Below are positions 25,813 to 26,528 of a stretch of DNA of 26,528 bases, piece after piece (positions within the stretch are counted from its first letter, which is position 1; each line of letters begins with the position of its first letter). Origin of the DNA: a virus (lineage: Duplodnaviria > Heunggongvirae > Uroviricota > Caudoviricetes); the IMG/VR virus record IMGVR_UViG_2563366972_000005, positions 1 through 26,528 of that record; one strand, 5' to 3'. A model generated the notes under the pieces. The model was not told where the DNA came from. It did no database searches and saw only the letters and a program-made list of their open reading frames with translations. A program made the translations under genes and the position numbers.

Positions 25813-26142
25813 ATGTCAAAAAATTATGTTCAGGACGGAAAAAACGTCGACTGGCTGAATGGGACCGGAAAGGCGGTGTCATCTGGCGATCTGGTTGTTC
25901 AGGATAATCTTGTTGGTGTTGCTCACGCTGATATTCCGGACGGGGAGGCTGGCATTTTGCATACGACGGGGGTTTTCTCTTTACCTAAAGAAGCAGAAGC
26001 GCTGACGCAAGGCAAGCTGGTGTATTTCAAAGCGGATACGGCAACACTGACTGCAACGAAATCAGGTAATACGCTGGTGGGTACGGTATGGATCACAGCT
26101 GACACTGGTGATGCTACCGTGTGCGTACGTCTGGGGCACTGA
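25813..26142 (+). CDS. Small head protein (DUF2190-like; candidate decoration/cement protein)
   Basis: 109 aa from ATG 25813 (GGAGAAG upstream); occupies the lambda D position. Confidence 0.5.
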   Translation: MSKNYVQDGKNVDWLNGTGKAVSSGDLVVQDNLVGVAHADIPDGEAGILHTTGVFSLPKEAEALTQGKLVYFKADTATLTATKSGNTLVGTVWITADTGDATVCVRLGH

Positions 26143-26528
26143 TGAACAGGTTTCGACGCCTGCTTACAAACGCGGATGCCCGGATAACCCGGGCATTTGC
26201 TGAAGAGGTACCTGCATATCTGTTTCTTCAGGGAGGAGAAAAACGGCCTGTAATGGTGATATTCGAATCGCCGGATGCAACCGTCGGGATCCGTGACGGC
26301 GGTGAAATTAATGATCATGCACCAGCCTTCAGTGCTATGACAGCAGATATTTCCGGGTTAATGAAACGTGATCAGGTGGAAATTAATGCTGATGTTTTTC
26401 ATGTGACGCATATTGGCGCTGATGAGGAAGGGCGTACACGGGTTACTCTCGCGCGGGGAGAACCCGGAAGAAGTACACCTGCTGCACCGGAACGACCGAG
26501 TAAACGTTATGGCAGTCAGAGAGCATGA
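26142..26528 (+). CDS. Head-tail connector protein, lambda FII-like
   Basis: 128 aa; start overlaps upstream stop (TGATG); pattern ADARITRAF...VIFESPD...MKRDQVEI...V parallels lambda FII (ADETIRGYMG...GVFDDPE...LRRGDTLTI...V); stop codon at window end. Confidence 0.55.
   Translation: MNRFRRLLTNADARITRAFAEEVPAYLFLQGGEKRPVMVIFESPDATVGIRDGGEINDHAPAFSAMTADISGLMKRDQVEINADVFHVTHIGADEEGRTRVTLARGEPGRSTPAAPERPSKRYGSQRA

Overview
The whole 26.5 kb window reads as one contiguous segment of a lambdoid (Rac/Qin/lambda-mosaic) enterobacterial prophage, running from the integrase at the left edge to the head genes at the right. Order, left to right: integrase and excisionase (minus strand); an early-left operon with a large 3'-5' exonuclease-domain protein, a Kil-like ORF and several small ORFs; a CI-like repressor flanked by operator-like palindromes; a Cro/YdaS-like and a YdaT (CII-like) gene; O-like and P-like replication genes with an iteron origin inside the O-like gene; an AT-rich cargo island (solitary ModA-like periplasmic binding protein, hok-type toxin); a nin-like region (DUF968-like, RusA, Q-like antiterminator); a pR'/tR'-like late promoter-terminator; late-operon cargo (AT-rich 5-TM membrane protein, a cluster of three canonical tRNAs plus two noncanonical tRNA-like genes, a ~640 bp unexplained stretch, a TerB-like protein with a tiny membrane peptide); a lysis cassette (holin, second membrane protein, M15 endolysin, small lipoprotein); a cos-like region; and lambda-like packaging/head genes (TerS, TerL, gpW-like, portal, a protease-scaffold-capsid fusion ORF, a small head protein, FII-like connector). 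No CRISPR array, IS element or Shiga-toxin gene was seen. All protein family calls are from reading the translations against remembered family signatures; no database search was run. The best candidates for undescribed biology are the cargo genes behind the late promoter (membrane protein, odd tRNA-like genes, the unexplained 640 bp, TerB-like pair) and the ModA-like island, but none could be confirmed as a defined system from sequence alone.
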